A DNA stretch of 64,000 bases, from positions 2,213 to 66,212 of the forward strand of contig JBDGUH010000001.1 in NCBI GenBank assembly GCA_042216055.1, in the 5' to 3' direction. The notes below the pieces were generated by a model. That model was not told the DNA's origin and did not search any database. It was given only the letters and a program-made list of their open reading frames with translations. Below are positions 54,354 to 64,000 of the stretch, one piece after another; positions within the stretch are counted from its first letter, which is position 1; each line of letters opens with the position of its first letter. Source of the stretch: Haloarculaceae archaeon (lineage in GTDB: Archaea > Halobacteriota > Halobacteria > Halobacteriales > Haloarculaceae). The translations under genes were made by a program, and so were the position numbers.

Positions 54354-55001
54354 ATGGCACGACGAGAACGCCTCGCCGTCGGCATCGCGGTCGTCGCGGT
54401 CACCGCTGTTGCCAGTATCGCCACCGCCCCCGACCTCCCGGCCCGCCTGGTCACCCACTGGGGGGCCCGGGGACAGGCCAACGGGACGCTCTCGAAACCG
54501 CTCGCGCTGGCGTTCGGTCCGGCCCTCGCGATCGGACTGGTGCTCCTGTTCGAGGCGCTCCCGCTGATCGATCCGCTGGGCGAGAACATCGCCGCCCTCG
54601 AGTCCTACTACGACCTCCTCGCGTCGGTCGTCGTCGGCCTCATCGGCTACGTCCACCTGCTGTTGCTGGCGGTCAACCTCGGCTACGGGATCGGCGTCGG
54701 GCAGGCGCTGTCGCCGGCGCTCGCCGTGGTCTACTACGTCGCCGGCGTCGTGATGACGGAGGTCGATCGCAACTGGTTCCTGGGCATCCGGACGCCCTGG
54801 ACGCTCAGCGACGACGCCGTGTGGGACCACACCCAAGAGCGCGGCGGGCAACTGTTCAAGGTGGCCGGCCTGCTGGCCCTGGGCGGGGTGGTCTTCCCCG
54901 AGTACCTGCTGTATTTCGCCGTCGGGCCCGCCGTCCTCGTCTCGCTGTACGCGACCGCCTTCTCCTATTTCGACTACCGCCGGCGCCACGCCGATGGATG
55001 A
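54354..55001 (+). CDS. SdpI/YhfL-family membrane protein (DUF1648 + SdpI)
   Basis: LPARLVTHWGARGQANG, then four TM helices with NWFLGIRTPWTLSDD.VW typical of SdpI. Start at ATG 54354. Confidence 0.7.
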   Translation: MARRERLAVGIAVVAVTAVASIATAPDLPARLVTHWGARGQANGTLSKPLALAFGPALAIGLVLLFEALPLIDPLGENIAALESYYDLLASVVVGLIGYVHLLLLAVNLGYGIGVGQALSPALAVVYYVAGVVMTEVDRNWFLGIRTPWTLSDDAVWDHTQERGGQLFKVAGLLALGGVVFPEYLLYFAVGPAVLVSLYATAFSYFDYRRRHADG

Positions 55002-55049
55002 CGGGCCGGATGACAAGGCCTAAGTTTAGGCTTGCCTAATCCGGGCGCG

Positions 55050-56672
55050 ATGGAGCGGACGCCGTCCGACCGAGCGGACGTCTGTGTCGTGGGCGCCGGG
55101 CCCGCGGGGTCGCTGATCGCCCACCGCCTCGCGGCGGCGGGCCACGCCGTCGTCGTCCTCGAGGCCGGGCCGCGCTTCGACGACGCGGACTTCGAGCGCC
55201 GCATGGAGCGGTCGATCCGGCCCGGGGAGGAGGACGTGTGGGGGATGGGCGGCAAGCGCGACGCCTACTCTGCCTCCGGCGAGCGGTCCTACCCGCTCAA
55301 CGCCGCCCGCGTGAAGGGCGTCGGCGGGTCGACGCTGCACTGGCAGGGGATGGTGATGCGCCTCCACGAGGCCGACTTCGCGGGGACCCACGCCAACGAG
55401 GACCCGGCCTGGCCCCTCGAGTACGCGGACCTGCGCCCCTACTACGCCGAGGCGGAGCGCGCGCTCGGTGTCGCGGGCGCCGACGACAACCCCTTCGCCC
55501 CGCCCCGCGAGGAGCCCTACCCGATGCCGGCGTTCCCGCCCTCCTACAGCGACTCGCTGTTTGCGAGGGCCTGCGAGCAGTTAGGTATCGCCACCCACTC
55601 GGTGCCCAACGCCCGCAACTCCGAGGCCTACGACGGCCGGAGCGCCTGCGTGGGCTTTGGCACCTGTCAGCCGGTGTGTCCCTCGGGCGCGAAGTACGAC
55701 GCCTCGGTCCACGCGACGGACGCCGAGAACGAGGGCGCCCGCGTGATCGATCGGGCGCCCGTCCAGCGGCTCGAAACCGACGGCGGGGGACGGGTCGAGG
55801 CGGCCGTCTACGCCGTCCCCGACGGGACCGAGCACCGCCAGCGCGCCCGCGAGTTCGTCCTCGCCGCCGGCGGCGTCGAGACCCCGCGCCTCCTGTTGCT
55901 CTCCCGGTCGCCCGACCACCCCGACGGCCTCGCCAACGGGTCGGGAGCAGTCGGTCGATACTTCATGGACCACCTGTTTGCCGGCGTCGGCGGCCTGCTC
56001 GACCGGCGGACTCGCCAGAACCACGTCGGCTTTCTCACCAGCGAGAGCCACCAGTTCTACGACGACCCCGGGCGCCCGGTGGAGCGCGACGGCGAGACGG
56101 TCGTCCCGGCGGCCGACGGGCCCCTGTCGCCGATCAAGCTCGAGTTCTTCAACTACGCGGGCCCCTCGCCCGTCGAACTGGCCCTGACCGGCGACGAGTG
56201 GGGCGACGACCTGCTCTCGGAGCTGCGCGAGGCCTACGGCCACAGCATCGCCATGGGCGGCCTGGTGGGACAGCCCCCGCGGGCCGCGAACCGCGTGGCG
56301 CTCGACCCCAGTCGGACCGACGACCACGGGAACCCCGTCCCCGACGTGCAGTGGTCGCTCGGCCCGCGCGTGCGCCGCTCCATCGAGCGCGCCAACGCCG
56401 TCCAGCGGGCAGTCCTCGACGAACTGGGCGCCGACGTGACCTGGACCGCGGGCCCCGAGAACACCGGCCCCGCCTACCACCACATGGGGACGACACGGAT
56501 GGGGACCGACCCCGACGAGAGCGTCGTGACCCCGCGCCTGCTGACCCACGACGTGTCGAACCTCTGGATCGCGTCCTCGAGCGTCTTCCCGGCGGCGGGG
56601 TCGATGAACCCCACGCTCACCATCGCGGCGCTGGCGCTGCGCTGTGCCGATCACGTCGCGGAACGGCTCTGA
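55050..56672 (+). CDS. GMC-family FAD-dependent oxidoreductase
   Basis: DVCVVGAGPAGSLIAHRLA..GH.VVVLEAG (FAD motif). GGSTLHWQG. C-terminal HHMGTTRMG...SSVFP. Confidence 0.8.
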   Translation: MERTPSDRADVCVVGAGPAGSLIAHRLAAAGHAVVVLEAGPRFDDADFERRMERSIRPGEEDVWGMGGKRDAYSASGERSYPLNAARVKGVGGSTLHWQGMVMRLHEADFAGTHANEDPAWPLEYADLRPYYAEAERALGVAGADDNPFAPPREEPYPMPAFPPSYSDSLFARACEQLGIATHSVPNARNSEAYDGRSACVGFGTCQPVCPSGAKYDASVHATDAENEGARVIDRAPVQRLETDGGGRVEAAVYAVPDGTEHRQRAREFVLAAGGVETPRLLLLSRSPDHPDGLANGSGAVGRYFMDHLFAGVGGLLDRRTRQNHVGFLTSESHQFYDDPGRPVERDGETVVPAADGPLSPIKLEFFNYAGPSPVELALTGDEWGDDLLSELREAYGHSIAMGGLVGQPPRAANRVALDPSRTDDHGNPVPDVQWSLGPRVRRSIERANAVQRAVLDELGADVTWTAGPENTGPAYHHMGTTRMGTDPDESVVTPRLLTHDVSNLWIASSSVFPAAGSMNPTLTIAALALRCADHVAERL

Positions 56673-56737
56673 TTCGCTCTCGGTCGTTCGTCACGGACCG
56701 TCGCTCACGTCGCCGCGCGGCAGGTCGCGGTGAGCGC

Positions 56738-57187
56738 TCAGAACCCGACGATGGCCCCCGCGTCGATCAGCAGGAGGACGGCCACCACCGACGCCGCGTA
56801 GAAGAACGGCCGCGCTTGGCGGGCGGGCTCGCGGACCTTCTGCTGGTCGAAGCCGTCCGCGAGTCTGCTCGCGCCCACCTCGACGAGGCCGCCCAGCGCC
56901 AGCCACAGGACGATCATCGCGATGACGAGATACCCCTTCGTCGTGCTCGTGAGCGCGCCCCCGCCGTACTTCACCCCGGCGAGATAGCCCCCGGTGAGCA
57001 GCAGGAACACGGCGCTCGTCCGGGAGACGGTCTTGAGTCGGCCGGTGATCGCTGACAGCGTCCCGGCGGAACTCGTGCCGTCGGCCGCCGTCGGCAGGAC
57101 GGCCCAGGTCACGAACAGGACGCTTCCGGTCCAGAGCCCGGCGAACAGGAGATGCACGGCGTACACGCCACCCTCGACTGCTGACAT
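56738..57187 (-). CDS. Membrane protein (4 TM), unknown function
   Basis: Four hydrophobic helices. Start at ATG 57187, 44 nt downstream of the CheC-like gene. Confidence 0.5.
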   Translation of the reverse strand: MSAVEGGVYAVHLLFAGLWTGSVLFVTWAVLPTAADGTSSAGTLSAITGRLKTVSRTSAVFLLLTGGYLAGVKYGGGALTSTTKGYLVIAMIVLWLALGGLVEVGASRLADGFDQQKVREPARQARPFFYAASVVAVLLLIDAGAIVGF

Positions 57188-57231
57188 GGGTGACCCGTTG
57201 GACTGGCGGCGCTTGAAGGCTGTGGAACCGG

Positions 57232-57927
57232 TCACTCTCCGTCGAAGACGAACTCCGGGTCGGCCTCGGTGTCCATCTCCAGTTCCGTCACGTCCTCGCG
57301 GGGGGCCGGCGACGGATCGTCACCCCCGGAATCGAGTTCCAGCTGGTCGATCAGGTGGACGAACGATCCCGGATCCGGCACGAGGAAGATCCGGAGTTTG
57401 AACGCCACGTTCGACTCCTCCACGTCGACGACGGAGTCGAGTACGATGGAGGTGGCGTCACGGCGGACGTGCGACAGCGTCTCTGCTGCGATTGTCTCGG
57501 CCTCCTCACGGAAGAGGTCCGGCGACGTGAAGTCGATGGTCGTCTGGAGTGTGTTGGCGATGCCGTCGATGAACCCCGACGCGAGGATGTTGGTCGACTC
57601 CTCGAGCGCGCTGCGGTGCATTTGATTGAACTCCCCCTCGACGGCGTTGTTGGTGAGCAGGCCGGCCATCTCGGCGGCCGTCGGCTCCGAGAACGTGATG
57701 AGAAACACCCCGTATGGTGACTCCGTGAGCGTGACGCTGGCCCCCCAGAGCCGCCCCGCGCCCATCTCCGTCGCGATGTCGTCTGGCTGGAGGAAAGAGA
57801 TGGTCTTGATGTCGACGTTCGCGTCGACGCCGGCCAGCGTCTCCAGCGATCCGACGACGTTCTCTGCCCCGTCCTCGATCAGGTCGTTGATGACGGTCAG
57901 CTTCCGCACGTCGACCAACAACGGCAT
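57232..57927 (-). CDS. CheC-like protein
   Basis: SALEESTN followed by 22 residues and then P matches the CheC phosphatase motif [D/S]-x3-E-x2-N-x22-P exactly in the second half. The first half is degenerate. Acidic C-terminal tail. Confidence 0.6.
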   Translation of the reverse strand: MPLLVDVRKLTVINDLIEDGAENVVGSLETLAGVDANVDIKTISFLQPDDIATEMGAGRLWGASVTLTESPYGVFLITFSEPTAAEMAGLLTNNAVEGEFNQMHRSALEESTNILASGFIDGIANTLQTTIDFTSPDLFREEAETIAAETLSHVRRDATSIVLDSVVDVEESNVAFKLRIFLVPDPGSFVHLIDQLELDSGGDDPSPAPREDVTELEMDTEADPEFVFDGE

Positions 57928-58055
57928 GTCATCCGTATGTCACCCGACCGTTTGATAGGTGTTTCGGCGGTCGGGGAGCAGGACGGCGGTTCGACCGCGC
58001 CACGCCGTCACACGAGGTGGGCACGCTTATGTCCCGGCGTCCGCTTGGTCCGGCC

Positions 58056-59129
58056 ATGGAACCACGGGACCTGTCGGCGCACGCCGTCTACCGCGCCGGT
58101 CGCGGGATCGAGGAGGTCGCCCGCGAACTGGGACTGGACCCCGAGGAGCTGGTGAAGGTGGCCTCCAACGAGAACATGTACGGCCCGAGTCCGGCGGCCG
58201 TCGAGGCGATCCGGGAGTCGGCCCGGCGGATGCACGCCTACCCGAAGGCCTCCCACGCCGACCTGGTGGCGCGACTGGCCGCCGAGTGGGACCTCGCCGC
58301 AGAGCAGGTGTGGCTGGCGCCCGGCGCCGACGGTGCGATCGATTACCTCCACCGGGCGATGCTCGCGCCGGGCGACGCGGTGCTGGTCCCCGATCCGGGC
58401 TTTGCCTACTACCCGATGAGCGCCCGGTATCACCACGGGACCGTCCGCGAGTACGCGCTCTCGAAGGCCGACGACTTCGCCCAGACGCCCGAGACGGTGC
58501 TCGACGCCTACGAGGGCGAGCGGGTGGTCTACCTGACGAGCCCGCACAACCCCACCGGGAGCGAGGTGGCCCTCGAGGGCGTGGCCGCCATCGCCGACCG
58601 CGTCGACGAGCAGACGCTGGTGGTCGTCGACGAGGCCTACGGCGAGTTCACCGATGCACCGAGCGCCCGCCGCCTGCTCGCGGAGCGCGAGAACGTGGCC
58701 GTCCTCCGCACGTTCTCGAAGGCCTACGGGCTGGCGGGGGTCCGCCTGGGCTACGCGCTCGTCCCCGAGGCGTGGGCCGACGCCTACGCCCGGATCAACA
58801 CGCCGTTCTCGGCGAGCGAACTGGCCTGCCGGGCCGGCCTCGCCGCGCTCGACGACGAGGAGCACGTCCGGCGCTCCGTGGAGACGGCCCGCTGGGCCCG
58901 CCAGTACTACCGCGAGGAACTGGACGCCCCCACCTGGGAGAGCGGCGGCAACTTCGTGCTGGCGGAGGTGGGCGACGCCAGCGCCGTCGCCGAGGCGACA
59001 GAGCGGGAAGGGGTGATCGTCCGCGACTGTTCGAGTTTCGGCCTCCCGGCCTGCGTCCGCGTGACCTGCGGGACCCGCGAGGGCTCCCGCCGGGCCGTCG
59101 CGGTTCTCAACGAGGTGATCGCGGAGTGA
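58056..59129 (+). CDS. hisC: Histidinol-phosphate aminotransferase
   Basis: LASNENMYGPSP, TSPHNPTG, and FSKAYGLAGVRLGY (PLP Lys). Start at ATG 58056 (58029 is also possible). Confidence 0.85.
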   Translation: MEPRDLSAHAVYRAGRGIEEVARELGLDPEELVKVASNENMYGPSPAAVEAIRESARRMHAYPKASHADLVARLAAEWDLAAEQVWLAPGADGAIDYLHRAMLAPGDAVLVPDPGFAYYPMSARYHHGTVREYALSKADDFAQTPETVLDAYEGERVVYLTSPHNPTGSEVALEGVAAIADRVDEQTLVVVDEAYGEFTDAPSARRLLAERENVAVLRTFSKAYGLAGVRLGYALVPEAWADAYARINTPFSASELACRAGLAALDDEEHVRRSVETARWARQYYREELDAPTWESGGNFVLAEVGDASAVAEATEREGVIVRDCSSFGLPACVRVTCGTREGSRRAVAVLNEVIAE

Positions 59130-59632
59130 GAGTCGCCGTCACCGGCACCCCCGGTACGGGGAAGACGACCGCGACCGAGCGGCTGGACACGGACCTCGAG
59201 GTGATCCACCTCAACGAGGTGATCCGAGAGCGAGATTTCGACACGGGCGTCGACGAGGAGCGTGACACGCTGATCGCGGACCTCGAGGCGGTGGCCGACT
59301 GGCTCGCGGACCGCGAGGACGTGCTCGTCGAGTCCCACCTGGCCCACCACTTTGCGGCCGACCGCGTGATCGTCCTGCGGGCCCACCCCGAGGCGATCGA
59401 GCAGCGTCTCACGGACCGGGGAGAACCGGCGGCGACCGCCGGGGAGAACGCCGAGAGCGAGGCGCTGGACGTGATCCTCGCGGGGGCGGTCGAGGAACAC
59501 GGCGAGGGGAGCGTCTACGAGATCGACACCACGGACCGCTCGCCCGACGAGGTGGCCGCCGAGATCGCGCGCGTGATCGCCGGCGAGCGCGACCCGTCGG
59601 CCGGCACCGTCTCCTTCGTCGACTGGCTATGA
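59126..59632 (+). CDS. Adenylate-kinase-like NTPase (AK6/Fap7 type)
   Basis: VAVTGTPGTGKTT (P-loop), about 168 aa. GTG start overlaps the hisC stop (GTGA). Confidence 0.7.
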   Translation: MRVAVTGTPGTGKTTATERLDTDLEVIHLNEVIRERDFDTGVDEERDTLIADLEAVADWLADREDVLVESHLAHHFAADRVIVLRAHPEAIEQRLTDRGEPAATAGENAESEALDVILAGAVEEHGEGSVYEIDTTDRSPDEVAAEIARVIAGERDPSAGTVSFVDWL

Positions 59633-60240
59633 CCCTCGATCGACTCCGCCCCCTGGCCGATCGCCTGCTCGATCCGTTCGTCGCCGGGGCCAAGCGCGTC
59701 GGCCTGACGCCCAACGGGACGAGCGTGCTCGCGTTCGCGTGCGCGCTCGGCGCCGGCGGCGCGTTCGCGCTCGCGGGGTCCCGGCCCGCCGCGTACCTCG
59801 CGGGCGCCCTGCTGGTGTTCGTCAACGGCTGGCTCGATCTGCTCGACGGCGCGCTGGCGCGGGAACTCGACGTGGCCTCGTCCGGCGGCGACCTGCTCGA
59901 TCACGTCCTCGACCGGTACGCCGACATCGCCCTCATCGTGGGTCTCGCGGCCGGCGTTGCCCGCTACGACCTGGGCCTGGCGGCGGTGACGGGCGTGCTG
60001 ATGACTTCCTACCTGGGCACGCAGGCCGAGGCGGTCGGCCTCGAACGCGTGTACGGCGGCCTCGTCGGCCGGGCGGACCGCCTCGCGCTCATCGGGGCGA
60101 CCGCCGTGCTCGCGTTCGCCCTCGCGTCGCCGCTCGCGCTCGGCCTCGGGGTGGTCGGCTGGCTGCTCGTCGTCCTCGCGGTGGTCGGTCACCTGACCGC
60201 GATCCAGCGGTTCTACTACTCGATGCGGGCGCTTGACTGA
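59629..60240 (+). CDS. CDP-alcohol phosphatidyltransferase (archaetidylinositol-phosphate-synthase-like)
   Basis: LDLLDGALARE...GGDLLDHVLDRYAD matches DG-x2-AR...G-x3-D-x3-D. The ATG overlaps the upstream stop. Confidence 0.8.
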   Translation: MTLDRLRPLADRLLDPFVAGAKRVGLTPNGTSVLAFACALGAGGAFALAGSRPAAYLAGALLVFVNGWLDLLDGALARELDVASSGGDLLDHVLDRYADIALIVGLAAGVARYDLGLAAVTGVLMTSYLGTQAEAVGLERVYGGLVGRADRLALIGATAVLAFALASPLALGLGVVGWLLVVLAVVGHLTAIQRFYYSMRALD

Positions 60241-60355
60241 CGCGGACCTGGGTCGCTGGCGACCGTGATAGGCGGCCGCTCGCGTGACCACGAGGGAGTG
60301 CCGCGACCGTGACCGCGGCGTGCGATTTATGCCCCGCCACGTCGAACCCGGAGGC

Positions 60356-60889
60356 ATGGTACAGTGCGAGATGTGCGGGAAGGACGTGGCGTCTCCGAAT
60401 CGGGTCAAAATCGAGGGCGCCGAACTCGACGTCTGCGACGAGTGTACGGACTTCGGGACCGAGGTCCAGACCGAGGACAGTTCGAGCACGTCCACGAAGT
60501 ACTCCACGAGTTCCAGCGGATCGTCGGGGTCCTCCGGGGGCACGAGCGGCGGCAGTTCCTCGTCGAGCAGCGGTGGGGGTCGGCGCCGGGACATGTTCGA
60601 CGAGATGGACGAACTGGCACAGGACTACGGCGACCGCATCCGCCAGGGGCGCGAGTCACAGGGACTCAGCCAGGAGGAACTCGCCAACAAGATCAACGAG
60701 AAGGCGAGCCGGATCCGCAAACTCGAGCGCGGCGACGTGCTCCCGAGCGACGAGGAGCAGCGCGAACTCGAGCACGCGCTGGGCGTCGACCTGAGCGCCG
60801 GCGCCGCGAGCGACGAGGACGCCGAGTGGGAGGGCGGCAGTTCCAGCGGCGAGTACACGCTCGGCGACGTCGTCAAGCGGAAGGACTAG
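60356..60889 (+). CDS. mbf1: Archaeal multiprotein-bridging factor 1 (zinc ribbon + HTH_3)
   Basis: CEMCG...CDEC zinc ribbon, Ser/Gly linker, then IRQGRESQGLSQEELANKINEKASRIRKLERG (Cro/C1 HTH). Confidence 0.85.
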   Translation: MVQCEMCGKDVASPNRVKIEGAELDVCDECTDFGTEVQTEDSSSTSTKYSTSSSGSSGSSGGTSGGSSSSSSGGGRRRDMFDEMDELAQDYGDRIRQGRESQGLSQEELANKINEKASRIRKLERGDVLPSDEEQRELEHALGVDLSAGAASDEDAEWEGGSSSGEYTLGDVVKRKD

Positions 60890-61458
60890 AGGCGCAGGCT
60901 CTCGTTCTCGAGGTCGAGTTCCTCGGCGATCCGTTCGACGGTCGCTTCGAGGTCGTCGATGTCCTTCTGGAGGGACTGGAACCAGTCGCTGTCCTCGAGT
61001 TCCGATCGGGGCTTCTCGACGGCGAGGACGTTGCGCTGGACCTTCTTCGTCGTCAGGTCGCGCACGCTGCGAGTGTAGGCGTCCAGCAGGCACAATCGGT
61101 CGACCGTCTCCCGGAGTTCGTCCCGGGTCACCGGCTTGACGAGGTAGTCGTCGACGCCGAGGCCGATCACGTCGAAGTCGGGGCTCGTCCCGGTGACGAG
61201 CGCGACCCGACACCCGAGGTCGCGTTCGCCGATGGCCGCGAGCACCTCGTTGCCGGACTGGTCCGGCATCCGCCGGTCGAGGACGACGACGTCGATGGCC
61301 GGCGAGAGGCGGTCGAGCGCCTCGGCGCCGCCGTAGGCCGTCAGCGTCTCGTACTCCTCGAGGTACTCCGCGTAGAGGTCCGCGAGGTGACGCTCGTCGT
61401 CGACGACGAGCACGGTGGCGTCCTCGCTTCCGTCCATCACGGTGGAGGGTGTTTCCAT
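60886..61458 (-). CDS. Response regulator with HalX C-terminal domain
   Basis: VLVVDDE...VVVLDRRMPDQSG...DDYLVKP receiver domain. The coiled C-terminal region is typical of HalX. Confidence 0.8.
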   Translation of the reverse strand: METPSTVMDGSEDATVLVVDDERHLADLYAEYLEEYETLTAYGGAEALDRLSPAIDVVVLDRRMPDQSGNEVLAAIGERDLGCRVALVTGTSPDFDVIGLGVDDYLVKPVTRDELRETVDRLCLLDAYTRSVRDLTTKKVQRNVLAVEKPRSELEDSDWFQSLQKDIDDLEATVERIAEELDLENESLRL

Positions 61459-61570
61459 TTGTTCCCCTTAACCGCATCGAACGGGCGCGCCGTCGGTCGC
61501 CGGAGCCGTCAACGGCGACGCACGGACCTGTCACAAAACGTATTTCCCGCGGCCGCTCGCAGGTGCGGGC

Positions 61571-62218
61571 ATGTTCGTTCTGGTGAACCTGAAGGCGTAC
61601 CCGTGCGATCCGATCGAAGTCGCCGCCGCCGCTCGCGACGTCGCCGAGGACAGCGGCGTCCGCGTCGCGGTCGCACCCCAGACCGCCCACCTCGAGGCCG
61701 TCGCCGAGACGGGCGTCGAGACGTGGGCCCAGCACGTCAGCCCCGTCGAGCAGGGCAGCCACACCGGCAGCACGCTCGCGGAGGCGGCCGCTGACGCCGG
61801 CGCCGTCGGGACGCTGCTCAACCACTCCGAGAAGCGCCTGAAACTCGCCGACATCGACGGCGCGCTCGACGCGGCCGAGCGGACGGGCCTCGAGACCATC
61901 GTCTGTGCCAACAACCCCGCACAGATCGGGGCCGCGGCCGCGCTCGGACCGGACGCCGTCGCCGTCGAACCCCCGGCGCTGATCGGCACCGGGACGCCCG
62001 TCAGTCAGGCCGACCCCGACGTGGTAACGGGGGCCGTCGAGGCGGCCGCCGCCGTCGATCCCGCCGTCGACGTGCTGTGCGGCGCGGGCATCTCGACCGG
62101 CGACGACGTGGTCGCGGCGGGCGATCTCGGCGCGTCGGGCGTCCTGCTCGCCTCGGGCGTCGCGAAGGCCGACGACCCGCGAGCGGCGCTCGAGGACCTG
62201 GTCGCGCCCCTCGAGTGA
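61571..62218 (+). CDS. tpiA: Triosephosphate isomerase (archaeal short type)
   Basis: [31 protein letters not shown]. Confidence 0.85.
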   Translation: MFVLVNLKAYPCDPIEVAAAARDVAEDSGVRVAVAPQTAHLEAVAETGVETWAQHVSPVEQGSHTGSTLAEAAADAGAVGTLLNHSEKRLKLADIDGALDAAERTGLETIVCANNPAQIGAAAALGPDAVAVEPPALIGTGTPVSQADPDVVTGAVEAAAAVDPAVDVLCGAGISTGDDVVAAGDLGASGVLLASGVAKADDPRAALEDLVAPLE

Positions 62219-62249
62219 TCGGCCCGGCGCTCGTTTCGCGTGACGCCCG

Positions 62250-64000
62250 TCAGGACAGCGGCGCCGTGGACTCGATCGTCAGACCGGTCGTCGCCCCGTC
62301 GGTGCCGACGGCGTACCGCCCGGCCGGCACCACCCGCTGGCCGTCGGCGTCGACGCCGCCCGCCGTGACGGCCAGCGCGTCGAGGTCGAGCGATACCGTG
62401 ACCGTCGTCTCCCCGCCGGCCTCGACGTGTCCCCGCTCGAACCCGATCACCTGTCTGACCGGCGGGATCACGGGACTCTCCGAGACGTCTGCCGTGTTGT
62501 CGTAGTCGGCGTAGACGATCACCGGCGCGTCGCTCGCCACGTCGCTCTCGTTGCGCACCGTGACCGACGCCGTGAGGTCGTCCGCGTCGCCGTAGTCAGA
62601 CACCGACCGCGCCGACAGCGACACGTCCCGGTGGTCGAGCGCGGCGTAGGACCCGCCGGCCCCGAACGGGAACAGCGGCGCGTCCGCCCCGCTCTCCCCG
62701 CCCGGCGTCCGCTGGAAGATCACGTCCGGGATCTGGCCCGTCGAGCGGGGCCAGGTGAAGGGCAGTCGCCCCGCGGGCGACACCTCGCCGAACAGCGCCC
62801 GCGCGACGGCCGTGCCGCCCTCGCTCCCGGGGTAGTAGGCCATGAGCGCGGCGTCGAGGTCCGCGAACAGGTCGGGGCTGCCGCGGGGACGCCCGGCGAC
62901 GAACACGCCGACCGTCGCGGCGTCGCTCTCCGCGAGCGTCGCCACGAGGTCGCGCTGGCCCGCCGGGAGCGAGAGGTCGTCGATGTCGCCCTGTCCCTCC
63001 GAGTAGGCCCCCTCGCCGACGGCCGCGACAGCCACGTCGGCGGCGGCGGCCGCGTCCGCGACCGCCGACCGGTTCGATAGCTCCTGGGGGTCGGTCTCGA
63101 CGAACGTCACGTCGACGCCGTCGGGCGCGACCGACGCGATGCCCTCCCTGATCGTGGTCGTCTCGGGGGCGGCGTCCGGGTTCGTCACGCCCTGCCAGGC
63201 GGTCGTCCACCCGCCCAGTTGCCGCCGGACGGAGTCGGCGTTCGGGCCGGTCACCAGCACCGACGCGTCGGACTCGAGCGGGAGCGTCCCGTCGTTTTGC
63301 AGGAGCGTCAGCGACTCCTCGGCGGCGCGTCGCGCCAGCCGGCGGTCCGCCGGTCGGACGGTGTCGGTGTGGCGCTCGACCGGGACGACCGCGCTCTCGA
63401 ACAGGCCGAGGTCGGCCTTGACCCGGAGGACCCGCCGGACGGCCTGGTCGAGGCGGTCCTCGCTGACGGTGCCCGACTCGACGAGTGACCGGAGGGCCGA
63501 CTGGTACTGCCGGATCTGGTCGGCGTGGGGCGCCATGTACACGTCGACGCCGGCGTTGACGACGGCGCCGACCGCCTCCTCGATCGAGGACGTGTACTCG
63601 TGCAGGGAGAGCAGGCGGTGGATGTCCGACCAGTCCGAGACGACGAGGCCGTCGAACTCCCAGCGGTCCCGGAGGACGGTCGTCAGCAGCCACTCCGAGG
63701 CGTGGGCGGGCACGCCGTTGACCGATCCGCTGTTCGCCATCACCGTCTCCGCGCCGGCGTCGACCCCGGCGCGATAGGGCGGCAAGATCACGTCGCGGAG
63801 GCGCCGGACGGACGCGTCGGCCGGTTCGCGGTCGTTCCCGGTCTCGGGGACCGAGTAGCCCGCGAAGTGCTTCACCGTCGCGCCGATCCGCTTGCGCCCG
63901 TCGACCTGGCGCTCGTATCCCTCGACCATCGCGTCGACGAACGACCCGGCGACGTGGGGGTCCTCGCTGAACGTCTCGTAGTAGCGCCCCCAGCGCGGAT
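62250..64000 (-). CDS. Glycoside hydrolase family 3 (beta-glucosidase-like); N-terminus lies beyond the window
   Basis: KHFAGYS, VVSDWSDI (nucleophile Asp region), and a C-terminal FnIII-like domain. The reading frame is open to the window edge. Confidence 0.8.
   Translation of the reverse strand, partial: PRWGRYYETFSEDPHVAGSFVDAMVEGYERQVDGRKRIGATVKHFAGYSVPETGNDREPADASVRRLRDVILPPYRAGVDAGAETVMANSGSVNGVPAHASEWLLTTVLRDRWEFDGLVVSDWSDIHRLLSLHEYTSSIEEAVGAVVNAGVDVYMAPHADQIRQYQSALRSLVESGTVSEDRLDQAVRRVLRVKADLGLFESAVVPVERHTDTVRPADRRLARRAAEESLTLLQNDGTLPLESDASVLVTGPNADSVRRQLGGWTTAWQGVTNPDAAPETTTIREGIASVAPDGVDVTFVETDPQELSNRSAVADAAAAADVAVAAVGEGAYSEGQGDIDDLSLPAGQRDLVATLAESDAATVGVFVAGRPRGSPDLFADLDAALMAYYPGSEGGTAVARALFGEVSPAGRLPFTWPRSTGQIPDVIFQRTPGGESGADAPLFPFGAGGSYAALDHRDVSLSARSVSDYGDADDLTASVTVRNESDVASDAPVIVYADYDNTADVSESPVIPPVRQVIGFERGHVEAGGETTVTVSLDLDALAVTAGGVDADGQRVVPAGRYAVGTDGATTGLTIESTAPLS

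Overview
High-GC haloarchaeal (class Halobacteria) chromosomal segment, mostly housekeeping genes, with three visibly AT-richer accessory patches. (1) Left end, about 0.2-10.4 kb: an RHH/wHTH regulator and a tyrosine integrase, an ISH3-like IS, and a decayed type I-B CRISPR-Cas locus. The locus keeps only the cas8b 3' remnant, cas7, cas5 and cas3. No cas6 or cas4/cas1/cas2 is present. The array has 3 spacers plus a degenerate terminal repeat. Between cas3 and the array, where the adaptation genes normally sit, there is a minus-strand cassette: a small acidic ORF, a RelE/ParE-like protein and an EEP-family nuclease. (2) 28.8-35.3 kb: a co-directional cassette of vWA, Ser/Thr kinase-FHA, PP2C, zinc-ribbon-FHA and membrane zinc-ribbon genes. 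(3) 38.9-39.7 kb: a vapBC-like pair whose PIN gene is split by an 80-nt palindromic MITE. That MITE family is the most distinctive sequence-level signal. It has three full 80-nt copies, each flanked by a 3-bp direct repeat (TGA or TCA), plus one solo end and two degenerate internally deleted copies. Two full copies and one degenerate copy sit exactly on the TGA stop codon of an upstream gene. The remaining genes include a biotin/propionyl-CoA carboxylase cluster (birA, pccA, pccB, pccX), aromatic amino-acid genes (aroK, chorismate mutase, tyrA), hisC, tpiA, surE, MBF1, two sensor kinases, lipid-synthesis genes, peptidases and sugar-acid-type enzymes. I found no tRNA or rRNA genes. Many long ORFs in the track are high-GC antisense shadow ORFs and were rejected. 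All calls rest on motif recognition by eye, with no database search.
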